64,000 nucleotides of DNA from an uncultured Acidobacteriota bacterium (GTDB lineage: Bacteria; Acidobacteriota; Vicinamibacteria; Vicinamibacterales; JAKQTR01). The stretch covers positions 1,974,028 to 2,038,027 of the forward strand of contig CAWJJY010000007.1 in NCBI GenBank assembly GCA_963843385.1, written 5' to 3'. Under the pieces are notes generated by a model. The model did not search any database, was not told the DNA's origin, and was given only the letters and a program-made list of their open reading frames with translations. The translations under genes were made by a program, and so were the position numbers. Each line of letters starts with the position of its first letter. Positions within the stretch are counted from its first letter, which is position 1. Positions 26,331-34,249 of this stretch are shown piece after piece.

Positions 26331-27458
26331 ATGCCAGTCCCGACCAAGGCCAGCGGCGACGGATTGATCCTGTCGCCCCGCGAGGCGCTCGTCGCCGGCG
26401 GCGCCGCCGAGGAATTCGAGAAGCGCGTCCAGGAACTCTTCAAGGCGGGCTACCGGAACCTGGTCACCGATCTGCGCGGCGTCACCCAGATCGACAGCGC
26501 CGGCATCCGGTCGCTGGTGCGAGGGCTCACGACCTCGCAGCGGCTCGGCGGCAGCTTCAGGCTCGTGGCTCCGTCCCCGCAGGTGAAGGAAGTCCTCGCG
26601 CTGTCACGCATGGATTCGATCTTCCCGGTCTTCGATTCGATCGATCCCGCGATGACCAAGAAGCGGCCCTGGAAGAGCATCCTGCTCTTCATCGGCGGCG
26701 CCCTGTTGATTGCGGCGTTGGGGCTGAGCGGGTTCTGGCACGGACTTCCGATTCCGGGTGAGACAGGTCAGCTCGATCAGCTCACCGGCCGGGCGCCGAT
26801 CGGGATCGGCACCCCTTCCGCGTCGCCGTGGCAGCCGTTTGTCGAACTGAGCAAGCTGGTCCTGGCCGCCACCATCGGGATCATCGTGACGGCCGTCCAT
26901 CGCCGGTACCGAAGTGAGCGGCCGCAAACCCAGTCGATGGAACAGGCCCAGGTGCTGCTGTGCATCTCGGGCGCGATGATGATGATCATCATCGGCAACT
27001 CGCTCGCGCGGGCCTTCGGCATTGCCGGCGCCGCAAGCATCATCCGCTTCAGGACACCGGTCGAAGATCCCAAGGACATCACGATCCTGTTCCTGCTGAT
27101 GGGGCTGGGGATGTCGGCGGGCTTGGGAGCCTTCGGGGTGGCCGGGCTCGGCACCTTGTTCCTCTGCGCGCTGCTCGTCGTGCTCGATCGCGTCGGATCG
27201 CGGCGGCCGCGAACCATGATGGTGGACATCGCCGCCGAAGGCCGCGATTTCCCGACCTCCCACGTGCAGAGCGTCTTCGCCCGCAACAAGGTCATCTTCG
27301 AGCCGCGCGAGGTGTCGCAGGGCAAGGAGATGTCGGTCCGGTATCACGCGCTGCTCGACGCGGACCAGTCGCTCGAAGATCTGAGCGAGCAGCTGATGGC
27401 CGGCGGCAAGGCGGGCGTCAAGGCGGTATCCTGGGAACTGCCCAAGAAGAGCGAATGA
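26331..27458 (+). CDS. Fusion protein: N-terminal STAS (anti-sigma-factor-antagonist-like) domain + DUF4956 membrane domain
   Basis: ATG 26331 follows GGGAATGGGAG. STAS block: LVTDLRGVTQIDSAGIRSLVRGLTTSQRLGGSFRLVAPSPQVKEVLALSRMDSIFPVFDS. TM helices and the DUF4956 core follow: NSLARAFGIAGAASIIRFRTPVEDPKDITILFLLMGLGMSAGLG. Confidence 0.75.
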   Translation: MPVPTKASGDGLILSPREALVAGGAAEEFEKRVQELFKAGYRNLVTDLRGVTQIDSAGIRSLVRGLTTSQRLGGSFRLVAPSPQVKEVLALSRMDSIFPVFDSIDPAMTKKRPWKSILLFIGGALLIAALGLSGFWHGLPIPGETGQLDQLTGRAPIGIGTPSASPWQPFVELSKLVLAATIGIIVTAVHRRYRSERPQTQSMEQAQVLLCISGAMMMIIIGNSLARAFGIAGAASIIRFRTPVEDPKDITILFLLMGLGMSAGLGAFGVAGLGTLFLCALLVVLDRVGSRRPRTMMVDIAAEGRDFPTSHVQSVFARNKVIFEPREVSQGKEMSVRYHALLDADQSLEDLSEQLMAGGKAGVKAVSWELPKKSE

Positions 27459-27462
27459 CCTG

Positions 27463-28350
27463 ATGCCAGCCAAACGAGGCTCACGGCCGCGCGCGACGCG
27501 GCGCCGATCCGCCGACCGCGTGGTGGTCGCCCCGAAGGGCCGGCGGGATGCCGTGCTGGAAGTCATCGGCGCGGCGCGCAAGCGGCTGATCCTCTCCGTC
27601 TTCCGCTGCGATGACTTCGCGATCCTCGATGGCCTCGCCGACGCGCTCCGGCGCAAGGTGCGGGTCGAGGTGCTGCTGACGCCGCGTGCCAAGGGCTGGG
27701 AGAAGCGCCTCAAGGATCTGTGGGACGTGCTCGAAGGCATGGGCGCCACGCTTCACCGGTACGCGGATCCGGTGGTCAAGTATCACGCCAAGTACATCGT
27801 CGCCGACAAGGGGCCGGCGCTCGTCGCGTCGCTGAACCTGACGCGCAAGTGCCTGACGGGCACGGTGGACTTCGTCGTCACGACCTACAACCGGGGCGTC
27901 GTGTCGGGGCTGACGCGGCTGTTCGATGCGGACCGCACCTCCTCGGGCGGGCCGCTGCCTCGTGGCCTCAGCCCCCGCCTCATCATCGGCCCGGAACGGG
28001 CCCGCCAGCAGTTCACCACGCTCATCCAGCAGGCCAGGCGCAGCATCCGGCTCATCGACCCGAAGGTGACCGATCCCTCCATGGTGTCGCTGCTCAAGGC
28101 CCGCAAGGCCGCAGGCATCAAGGTGACCGTGCTCGGACGCGGGTCGATCCGCGGCCTGGCCACACATGGCAAGCTGCTCGTCATCGACGGGAAGATCGCC
28201 GTCATCGGCAGCGTGTCGTTATCGGCGCTGAGTCTCGACTTCCGCCGCGAGGTCGCCATCGTCGTCACCGACCCGGACGCCGTGAAGACGCTGAACACCT
28301 TCTTTCAACAGAATGCGACCGGCGGCCGCCGCCGTGGCCGGTCCTCGTGA
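27463..28350 (+). CDS. Small cytoplasmic phospholipase D-superfamily protein with two HKD motifs
   Basis: HKD motifs are KYHAKYIVADKGPALVASLNLT and ATHGKLLVIDGKIAVIGSVSLS. No TM segment. ATG lies 4 nt after the upstream stop. Confidence 0.8.
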   Translation: MPAKRGSRPRATRRRSADRVVVAPKGRRDAVLEVIGAARKRLILSVFRCDDFAILDGLADALRRKVRVEVLLTPRAKGWEKRLKDLWDVLEGMGATLHRYADPVVKYHAKYIVADKGPALVASLNLTRKCLTGTVDFVVTTYNRGVVSGLTRLFDADRTSSGGPLPRGLSPRLIIGPERARQQFTTLIQQARRSIRLIDPKVTDPSMVSLLKARKAAGIKVTVLGRGSIRGLATHGKLLVIDGKIAVIGSVSLSALSLDFRREVAIVVTDPDAVKTLNTFFQQNATGGRRRGRSS

Positions 28351-28363
28351 AGGAGCTGGCGAG

Positions 28364-29908
28364 ATGACGGCACCGAGGGGCATTTTCGCGGCCGCATGGG
28401 CGACGATCGTGCTCTCAGCGCCGGTTGCCGCACAACACGACGCCGCGCTGACCGGGGCCGGACTTCGGGCTGCGATCATCCGGTCGGACTCCGCCGGCGT
28501 TTCGGACGCGCGCGCGGCACAGGCGGACGCGCGCGAGGCACAGGCGGCCGCGGCCGAGAAGGCACAGAAGCCCGCGGATCAGGCCGAGGCTGCGAAGAAG
28601 AAGAAGACCCCGGACCAGGCCGCCCCAGAGGAGAAGGCCAAGAAGGCTGGAAAGAAGGAGAAGGAGGCTGCCGCGTCAGCGCCCGAGGACGGGCTGGTCT
28701 GGAAAGACAGGCCGTCGCTGCGATTCGGGAAGAACTTCCAGATGGACCTGCGGGTGAAGCTGCAGGAAGAAGCAATCCAATCGCCGATTGATCTCGCACC
28801 GTTCGGACACGCCAAGACTTTCGAGGGGCACCGGCAGCGCCTGGGGGTCAAGGGCGAGGTCCTTCAGCACTTCGAGTTCGAGGTCGAACGCGACTTCGTG
28901 AACGGCGGCGACTGGAAGAACGTCTACGTCAACTTCAAGTACCTGCCGTTCGCACAGCTCCAGGCCGGGAAGTTCAAGATCCCGTTCGGGTACGAGCTGC
29001 TGACCAGCGCGGTCGATCTGGATTTCGTCTACCGCACGCGCGCCAGCGACTCGATCGCCGCGGGACGCGACGTCGGGGTCATGCTCCACGGGCGCTTGCA
29101 CAAGAAGGTCATTCAGTACCAACTCGGCTGGTTCAAGCACGACGGCGACAACTCCCCTTCACTTGCGCCCCCGGTTCTCCTCCCCGGCGAGCAGGCCGGG
29201 GAACAGAAGGGCGCGATCGCCGGCCGGGTGACCATCGAGCCGCTGAAACTCGGTTCCACGCCGGCGCACCTGAACAGCCTGTCGATCGGTGGGTCGGTGG
29301 TCGTCAGCACGATCCCGGAAGGCCAGAACAACCTGCACGGTCACATGGTGCTCTCCGACAATTTCTTCCATCGTGATTTCTACACCAAGGGCCGCCGCCT
29401 GAGGATCGGGGCCGAAGCGGCGTGGGCGCCAGGACCCTATTCCTTCAGCGCCGAGTACATCCGATCGAGCGAGCAGCGGATCGGCCTCGGCGTCGGGAAC
29501 GATGCCGGCCTGAACACCGATCTGCCGGACCTCACGGGCCGCGGTTGGTATCTCGCCGGGACGTGGGCGCTGACCGGCGAGAAGAAGGAAGGCGGCATCA
29601 AGCCCAAGCGCCCGCTGTTCCAGGGCGGGTTCGGCGCGATCGAACTCGCCGCGCGCTACGAGTCGCTGGGATTCGGGAGCGACGGGCCCGCTGGCGACCC
29701 GGAGTCCAAGAGCCCGCGGGCCGCCAACGTCCGGCGCAATACCGAGCGGGCCGTGACCTTCGGCGTGAACTGGTACATGAACAAGTGGCTCAAGCTGCAG
29801 ATCAACGGCATCAACGAGTCGATCGACGATCCGCTTCGGGGGCCGACGCCCGACTCGCCCAAGACGTCGTGGATGAGCGTTGTCACGCAGTTGCAGTTCG
29901 TGCTGTAA
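28364..29908 (+). CDS. Phosphate-selective porin O/P (OprO/OprP)-like outer-membrane porin with a Lys/Ala/Glu-rich N-terminal extension
   Basis: AGGAG lies before ATG 28364. Signal MTAPRGIFAAAWATIVLSAPVAAQ. Porin_O_P-like blocks: RPSLRFGKNFQMDLRVKLQ, FEFEVERDF, QLQAGKFKIPFGYE, GRGWYLAGTWALTGE, FGVNWYMNKWLKLQ. Confidence 0.7.
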   Translation: MTAPRGIFAAAWATIVLSAPVAAQHDAALTGAGLRAAIIRSDSAGVSDARAAQADAREAQAAAAEKAQKPADQAEAAKKKKTPDQAAPEEKAKKAGKKEKEAAASAPEDGLVWKDRPSLRFGKNFQMDLRVKLQEEAIQSPIDLAPFGHAKTFEGHRQRLGVKGEVLQHFEFEVERDFVNGGDWKNVYVNFKYLPFAQLQAGKFKIPFGYELLTSAVDLDFVYRTRASDSIAAGRDVGVMLHGRLHKKVIQYQLGWFKHDGDNSPSLAPPVLLPGEQAGEQKGAIAGRVTIEPLKLGSTPAHLNSLSIGGSVVVSTIPEGQNNLHGHMVLSDNFFHRDFYTKGRRLRIGAEAAWAPGPYSFSAEYIRSSEQRIGLGVGNDAGLNTDLPDLTGRGWYLAGTWALTGEKKEGGIKPKRPLFQGGFGAIELAARYESLGFGSDGPAGDPESKSPRAANVRRNTERAVTFGVNWYMNKWLKLQINGINESIDDPLRGPTPDSPKTSWMSVVTQLQFVL

Positions 29909-29959
29909 CGCGCGGGTGCGCCTCGTGGCGACGTGGGTTCCTGGCAGGTGAGGTGACGC

Positions 29960-31279
29960 ATGACCACCGGTCGATTGTTCGCGGGCGCGGCGCTGGCCGC
30001 CATCGTGCTGGCCCTGCCGGGCCAGGCGGCCGCGCAAACCGCCGACGACCTCTTCAACGACCAGGTCCTGCACCGGATCGACCTGTGGGTCAACTCGCGG
30101 GACTGGGCCGTGCTGAAGTACGAGTTCGAGACCAACAACTACTATCCGGCAAATCTCAAGTGGAACGGCCAGACCGTCACCAACGTCGCCATCAGATCGC
30201 GCGGCCTGGGATCCCGCTCGGGCGTCAAGCCGGGGCTCAGGGTGGACTTCAACCGCTATGTCACGGGCCGGACGTTCCTGGGCTTGACCGCGGTCAACCT
30301 GAACAACATGACCCAGGATCCGACGGCGGTCCGCGAAGTGATGGCGATGAAGTTCTATCGCATGATGGGCCTGCCGGCGCCCCGCATCTCGCTTGCGGCG
30401 GTCTACATCAACAACGAGTACGCCGGCGCGTACGCGATCGTCGAGGAGATCAACGAGGTCTCGGTCTCACGCCTGTTCGGCGAGAACACCGGCTACCTGT
30501 TCGAATACAAGTGGCAGTTCGCCTGGGGTTTCGAGTACCTCGGATCGGACCTGGCCGCCTACGCTCCGCTGTACGAACCGAAGACGCATACGACCGAGTC
30601 GCAGGGCGCGCTCTACGGGCCGGTCGAGGCGATGATCCGGACCATCAACTCCGCCTCCGACGAGGAGTTCGTCCCGGCGGTCTCACAGTATCTGGACTTG
30701 TCGATCTTCATGCGCATGGCGGCGGTGCAGGCCTACCTCGCCGAACCGGACGGCCTGCTGGGGAACTGGGGCCTCAACAACAATTTCCTGTACCGGTTCA
30801 ACGGCCGGACGCTCAGCCAGTTCATCGCGTGGGACGCGTCGAGTGCGTTCTACGTCAGTACCTATCCGTTCGACGTGGGCCTGACCGATCGCGTGCTGAT
30901 GCAGCGGGCGATGGCGGTGCCCGACCTCCGGGCCATCTTCTTCAGCACGATCCTGGAAGCGGCCGCCTGGGCTGACCACGCGGACGAGCCGGGACAGCCG
31001 GGGTGGCTCGAGTCGGAGCTGACGCGATTCCAGAACCTGAACCGGTCGGCTGTCCTGGCGGACACTCAGAAGCCCTGGTCCAACGACGAGTACGACGTGG
31101 CGTCGGCCGACATCCTGTCCTTCGCCCGGACTCGCAGTCCGCTGGCCCGTCAGGTCGTCGCGCGGATGACGGCGCCCGACGGCCCGTACCCGACGCCGCT
31201 GTCGGCGATCGCCAAGGCCGGAGCTGCGCGAAAGACTGCTGCCAGGGCGCCGGAGGTCAGGAGAGCGCCCCGTCGATAG
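29960..31279 (+). CDS. Secreted CotH family protein (atypical protein-kinase fold)
   Basis: Signal MTTGRLFAGAALAAIVLALPGQAAAQ. CotH-like blocks: IDLWVNSRDWAVLKYEFETNNYYPANLKWNGQTVTNVAIRSRGLGSR, LNNMTQDPTAVREVMAMKFYRMMGLPAPR, NNFLYRF. Confidence 0.8.
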   Translation: MTTGRLFAGAALAAIVLALPGQAAAQTADDLFNDQVLHRIDLWVNSRDWAVLKYEFETNNYYPANLKWNGQTVTNVAIRSRGLGSRSGVKPGLRVDFNRYVTGRTFLGLTAVNLNNMTQDPTAVREVMAMKFYRMMGLPAPRISLAAVYINNEYAGAYAIVEEINEVSVSRLFGENTGYLFEYKWQFAWGFEYLGSDLAAYAPLYEPKTHTTESQGALYGPVEAMIRTINSASDEEFVPAVSQYLDLSIFMRMAAVQAYLAEPDGLLGNWGLNNNFLYRFNGRTLSQFIAWDASSAFYVSTYPFDVGLTDRVLMQRAMAVPDLRAIFFSTILEAAAWADHADEPGQPGWLESELTRFQNLNRSAVLADTQKPWSNDEYDVASADILSFARTRSPLARQVVARMTAPDGPYPTPLSAIAKAGAARKTAARAPEVRRAPRR

Positions 31280-31862
31280 CGCGCTTGGTGAGGCGCTGGC
31301 AGCGGCCGGCCTTCTCGCGGGTATCGAGAAACGCGATCATCTTGCGGCGCAGATCGGCCGGGTCGACCGGCGTCACCGCGGTGGAGAGGACGCCTCCGCA
31401 GAACTCGCCAAAACCTTCCAGCAGTTTTCCCTTCCAGCCTGCTGACTTCCCGCGCTCTTTGGCGCGGTAACAGGTGTCCGGCCGGGGCGCGAACCCCAGG
31501 ATCTGCGTGAGCCAGGCCTCGGGCAGTCCGGCCGCAACCCCCGCCGCGATGGCCGTGTCCACATAGGGCGCAGCGATCACGATGTGCCCCTGTTCGAGGG
31601 CGGGCCGGATCTCCCACCGCACGCGGAACGCGAGATCGGCGGCGTAGAGGAGAATCAGTGTCCTCGGCGAGAGCGTCAGGTATCGTCGCTTTCCAAGGCG
31701 CAGCTCGTAGAAGAGGCCCGACGCATCCCAGCGGCACACGCCGCCCGAAACCTTGCGCCCTCGGATGTGATGCCACAGATTCCTCGTGGCGTCCTCGAGA
31801 TCGGTGCCGCGGGTGCCCTCGACGGCAATCAACCGTGACCTAGCGGCGGATCGGCGCGCCAT
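31257..31862 (-). CDS. Thymidylate-kinase-fold protein with a degenerate P-loop (predicted pseudokinase partner)
   Basis: LIAVEGTRGTDLED replaces the EGxDGxGKS/T P-loop. LLYAADLAFRVRWEIRPALEQGHIVIAAPYVDTAIA parallels the Tmk LFAADR...I.PAL..G..V..DRY core but lacks the DR(Y/F) motif. It overlaps the upstream Tmk-like gene by 23 nt and the convergent CotH 3' end by 23 nt. Confidence 0.6.
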   Translation of the reverse strand: MARRSAARSRLIAVEGTRGTDLEDATRNLWHHIRGRKVSGGVCRWDASGLFYELRLGKRRYLTLSPRTLILLYAADLAFRVRWEIRPALEQGHIVIAAPYVDTAIAAGVAAGLPEAWLTQILGFAPRPDTCYRAKERGKSAGWKGKLLEGFGEFCGGVLSTAVTPVDPADLRRKMIAFLDTREKAGRCQRLTKRAIDGALS

Positions 31863-32652
31863 TGCGGACCTCCGCAGCTGAAGGGCTCCACGCCAGCCAG
31901 TCGGCGATTGCCTCCTGGTTCCACTGTCCCCAGGGGCGGCGCTGACTGTCCTGGAACAGGCGACGAATGTGCCGGTGCTGCTCGTAGATGGGTTGCTCTC
32001 CGTCGATGGTCACGAACTGGAAGATCAGGGCGAGGGACTCGTACTCGCGGATCATGCGCCCGATGAAGCGGCGATAGCTGCCGATCGGATCTGCCACTTT
32101 CGTGATGTCCTGGCCGGCGTCGTAGTACTTGGGCGCGCGCGTGGCGGCCACCCGCGTGGTGGACGTCTCGGCGGACACGGCAAAGTAGTAAACCAGATCC
32201 GGCCAGAAGAGCGGCGCGTGCGCCGCGAGCAGCCAGTCGAGATCGAGGCCGCGCGCCGACGCCCTTGCCAGCGACGTGAACAGGAAGCGGTCGGCCACGA
32301 CCACCTTGCCCTGCCAGAGCGCCGGGAGGATTTCGTTCTCGAGCCGGTGGCGGAAATCGGCCGCGTGCAGCAGGCACAGTTCCTCGGCGCTCAGGGCCCG
32401 CAGCCGGGTGCGCGCCTTCAGCAGCGGCTTGATCGCCCGCGACGAGGTGGATTTGGCCACGACGACCTGGTGGCCTTCATGCTCCAGCCATGTCTTGAAC
32501 AGACGGCGCTGCGTGGTCTTTCCTGCGCCGTCCGGTCCCTCGAAGGCGATCAGCAGGCCCCGCGTCTTCTCGCGGGAACGGACCAGGTCGGAGAGGCGGC
32601 GGGGCAATCCGGGCGTCGCCTGCCGCGGGCGCGATGTCTTGACGGCCATCAA
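31840..32652 (-). CDS. Thymidylate kinase (dTMP kinase) family protein with intact P-loop and a ~70-aa C-terminal extension
   Basis: LIAFEGPDGAGKTTQ (P-loop), LLHAADFRHRLENEILPALWQGKVVVADRFLFTSLA (DRF motif) and the LID-like region TTRVAATRAPKYYD. Confidence 0.75.
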   Translation of the reverse strand: MMAVKTSRPRQATPGLPRRLSDLVRSREKTRGLLIAFEGPDGAGKTTQRRLFKTWLEHEGHQVVVAKSTSSRAIKPLLKARTRLRALSAEELCLLHAADFRHRLENEILPALWQGKVVVADRFLFTSLARASARGLDLDWLLAAHAPLFWPDLVYYFAVSAETSTTRVAATRAPKYYDAGQDITKVADPIGSYRRFIGRMIREYESLALIFQFVTIDGEQPIYEQHRHIRRLFQDSQRRPWGQWNQEAIADWLAWSPSAAEVRNGAPIRR

Positions 32653-32814
32653 GTTCGAACCGGCCTCGCCGGTATGGCTCCTTCCTCGTCTTCGAAAGCT
32701 GGCGCTCTGCCGTGCGCGTATTCTAGCCGAAACCTCATCGAACGCGAGCGATCGTTTCGCGCGCGCCCCTCCGGCAGGTCATGGCGCCACCGATTCGCCC
32801 CGGGTGCGCGGAGG

Positions 32815-32843
32815 TGGCCACCGATGATCAGCCCAGGTAGAAT
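32815..32843 (+). promoter_or_regulatory. Candidate sigma-70-type promoter TGGCCA-N17-TAGAAT upstream of the flavoprotein gene
   Basis: The hexamers were read directly. The -10 ends 3 nt before GTG 32846, which argues that the true start codon may be the next in-frame GTG at 32861 with a very short leader. Confidence 0.35.
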
Positions 32844-32845
32844 CC

Positions 32846-34084
32846 GTGAGGCGATCGCCTGTGTCCACCTCCTTCGACCTCATCGTGATTGGTGCCGGCG
32901 CGGCAGGAATGATGTGTGCCGCCGAGGCGGGGCGCCGTGGCCGTCGCGTGCTGCTCATCGACCACTGGACCAGGATCGGCGAGCGCATCCGGATCTCGGG
33001 CGGCGGGCGCTGCAACTTCACCAACCTGCAGGTCGGGGCCGATCGTTTCCTGTCGCAGAACCCGCACTTCTGCCGCTCGGCGCTCGCACGCTACACGCCG
33101 CGCGACTTCATTTCCCTGCTCGACCGCCATCACGTCGGCTACGAGGAACGCGAACACGGGCAACTCTTCTGCACGCGATCCGCCCAGGACGTGATCGGAC
33201 TTCTCAGAACTGAATGTGAACAGGCGGGCGTGCAGGTTGCGCACCCATGCGAGGTCGGCCGCGTGGAGCCGCTCGTGGACGGCGGCGATCCGGTGAATGC
33301 ACGATTCCTCGTCGCGACCGGTCAGGGGTCCTTTCGCAGCCGGTCCGTGGTTGTCGCCACCGGCGGGCTCGCCGCGCCGAAACTCGGCGCCAGTCCGCTC
33401 GGATACACGATCGCGGAGCGGTTCGGACTGCCCGTCGTGGCGCCCCGCCCGGCACTGGTCCCGCTGGCGCTTGCCCCCGAGGCTCTGTCATCGTTCCAGC
33501 CGCTGGCGGGTGTGTCGATCGAGACGGCGACCAGGTGCGCATCGCCGGCCGCGGTCGAATTTCGCGGGAAAACCCTGGTCACTCACCGTGGCCTTTCGGG
33601 GCCAGCCATCCTCCAGATCTCGAGCTACTGGCAGCAAGCGGCGTCCCGCGGCAGCAGCGCGCCGATCGAAGTCGACCTCCTGCCTGGACTGAGCGCGTCG
33701 GCGTGGCTGTCGGAGCATCGCCGAAGCCGGGCGCTGCTGGCCAATCTGCTGTCCGAGATGATGCCTCGCCGGTTCGCCCACGAATGGTGCGCGTTGTTCG
33801 GCTGGCACAAACCTATTGCCGACATGACCAACCGCGAAGTCGAGGCGGCTGGGCAGAGCCTGAACGGGTGGAGCCTGCTGCCGTCGGGAACCCTTGGCTA
33901 CGAGAAGGCCGAGGTCACGCTCGGAGGAGTGGATACCTCCGCGCTCTCGTCGAAGACCATGGAAGCCACGACGGTACCCGGGTTGTATTTCGTGGGTGAG
34001 GTAGTCGACGTCACCGGATGGCTCGGCGGCTACAACTTCCAGTGGGCATGGTCATCGGGTTGGGTCGCCGGACAATTCGCTTGA
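32846..34084 (+). CDS. HI0933/YhiN (BaiN)-family NAD(P)/FAD-dependent oxidoreductase
   Basis: FDLIVIGAGAAGMMCAAEAGRRGRRVLLIDH (Rossmann GxGxxG), RISGGGRCNFTN, VVATGGLAAPKLGASPLGY and a C-terminal GGYNFQWAWSSGWVAG. The start may be GTG 32861. Confidence 0.85.
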   Translation: MRRSPVSTSFDLIVIGAGAAGMMCAAEAGRRGRRVLLIDHWTRIGERIRISGGGRCNFTNLQVGADRFLSQNPHFCRSALARYTPRDFISLLDRHHVGYEEREHGQLFCTRSAQDVIGLLRTECEQAGVQVAHPCEVGRVEPLVDGGDPVNARFLVATGQGSFRSRSVVVATGGLAAPKLGASPLGYTIAERFGLPVVAPRPALVPLALAPEALSSFQPLAGVSIETATRCASPAAVEFRGKTLVTHRGLSGPAILQISSYWQQAASRGSSAPIEVDLLPGLSASAWLSEHRRSRALLANLLSEMMPRRFAHEWCALFGWHKPIADMTNREVEAAGQSLNGWSLLPSGTLGYEKAEVTLGGVDTSALSSKTMEATTVPGLYFVGEVVDVTGWLGGYNFQWAWSSGWVAGQFA

Positions 34085-34249
34085 GTGGGACACGCCCGCT
34101 GCCTTCGATCTGCCCGCCACCGATCGATCGTCTCTTCAGAGCACGTCGAGGTCGAAGCGGCTCGCTGGACCCCTGGCGGCTGCGACGCCGGGCAACCCGG
34201 GCGGGCACCACAGGAGGTCCCCGCTCGGGCGCCGGCCTGGCGCAGTGCG

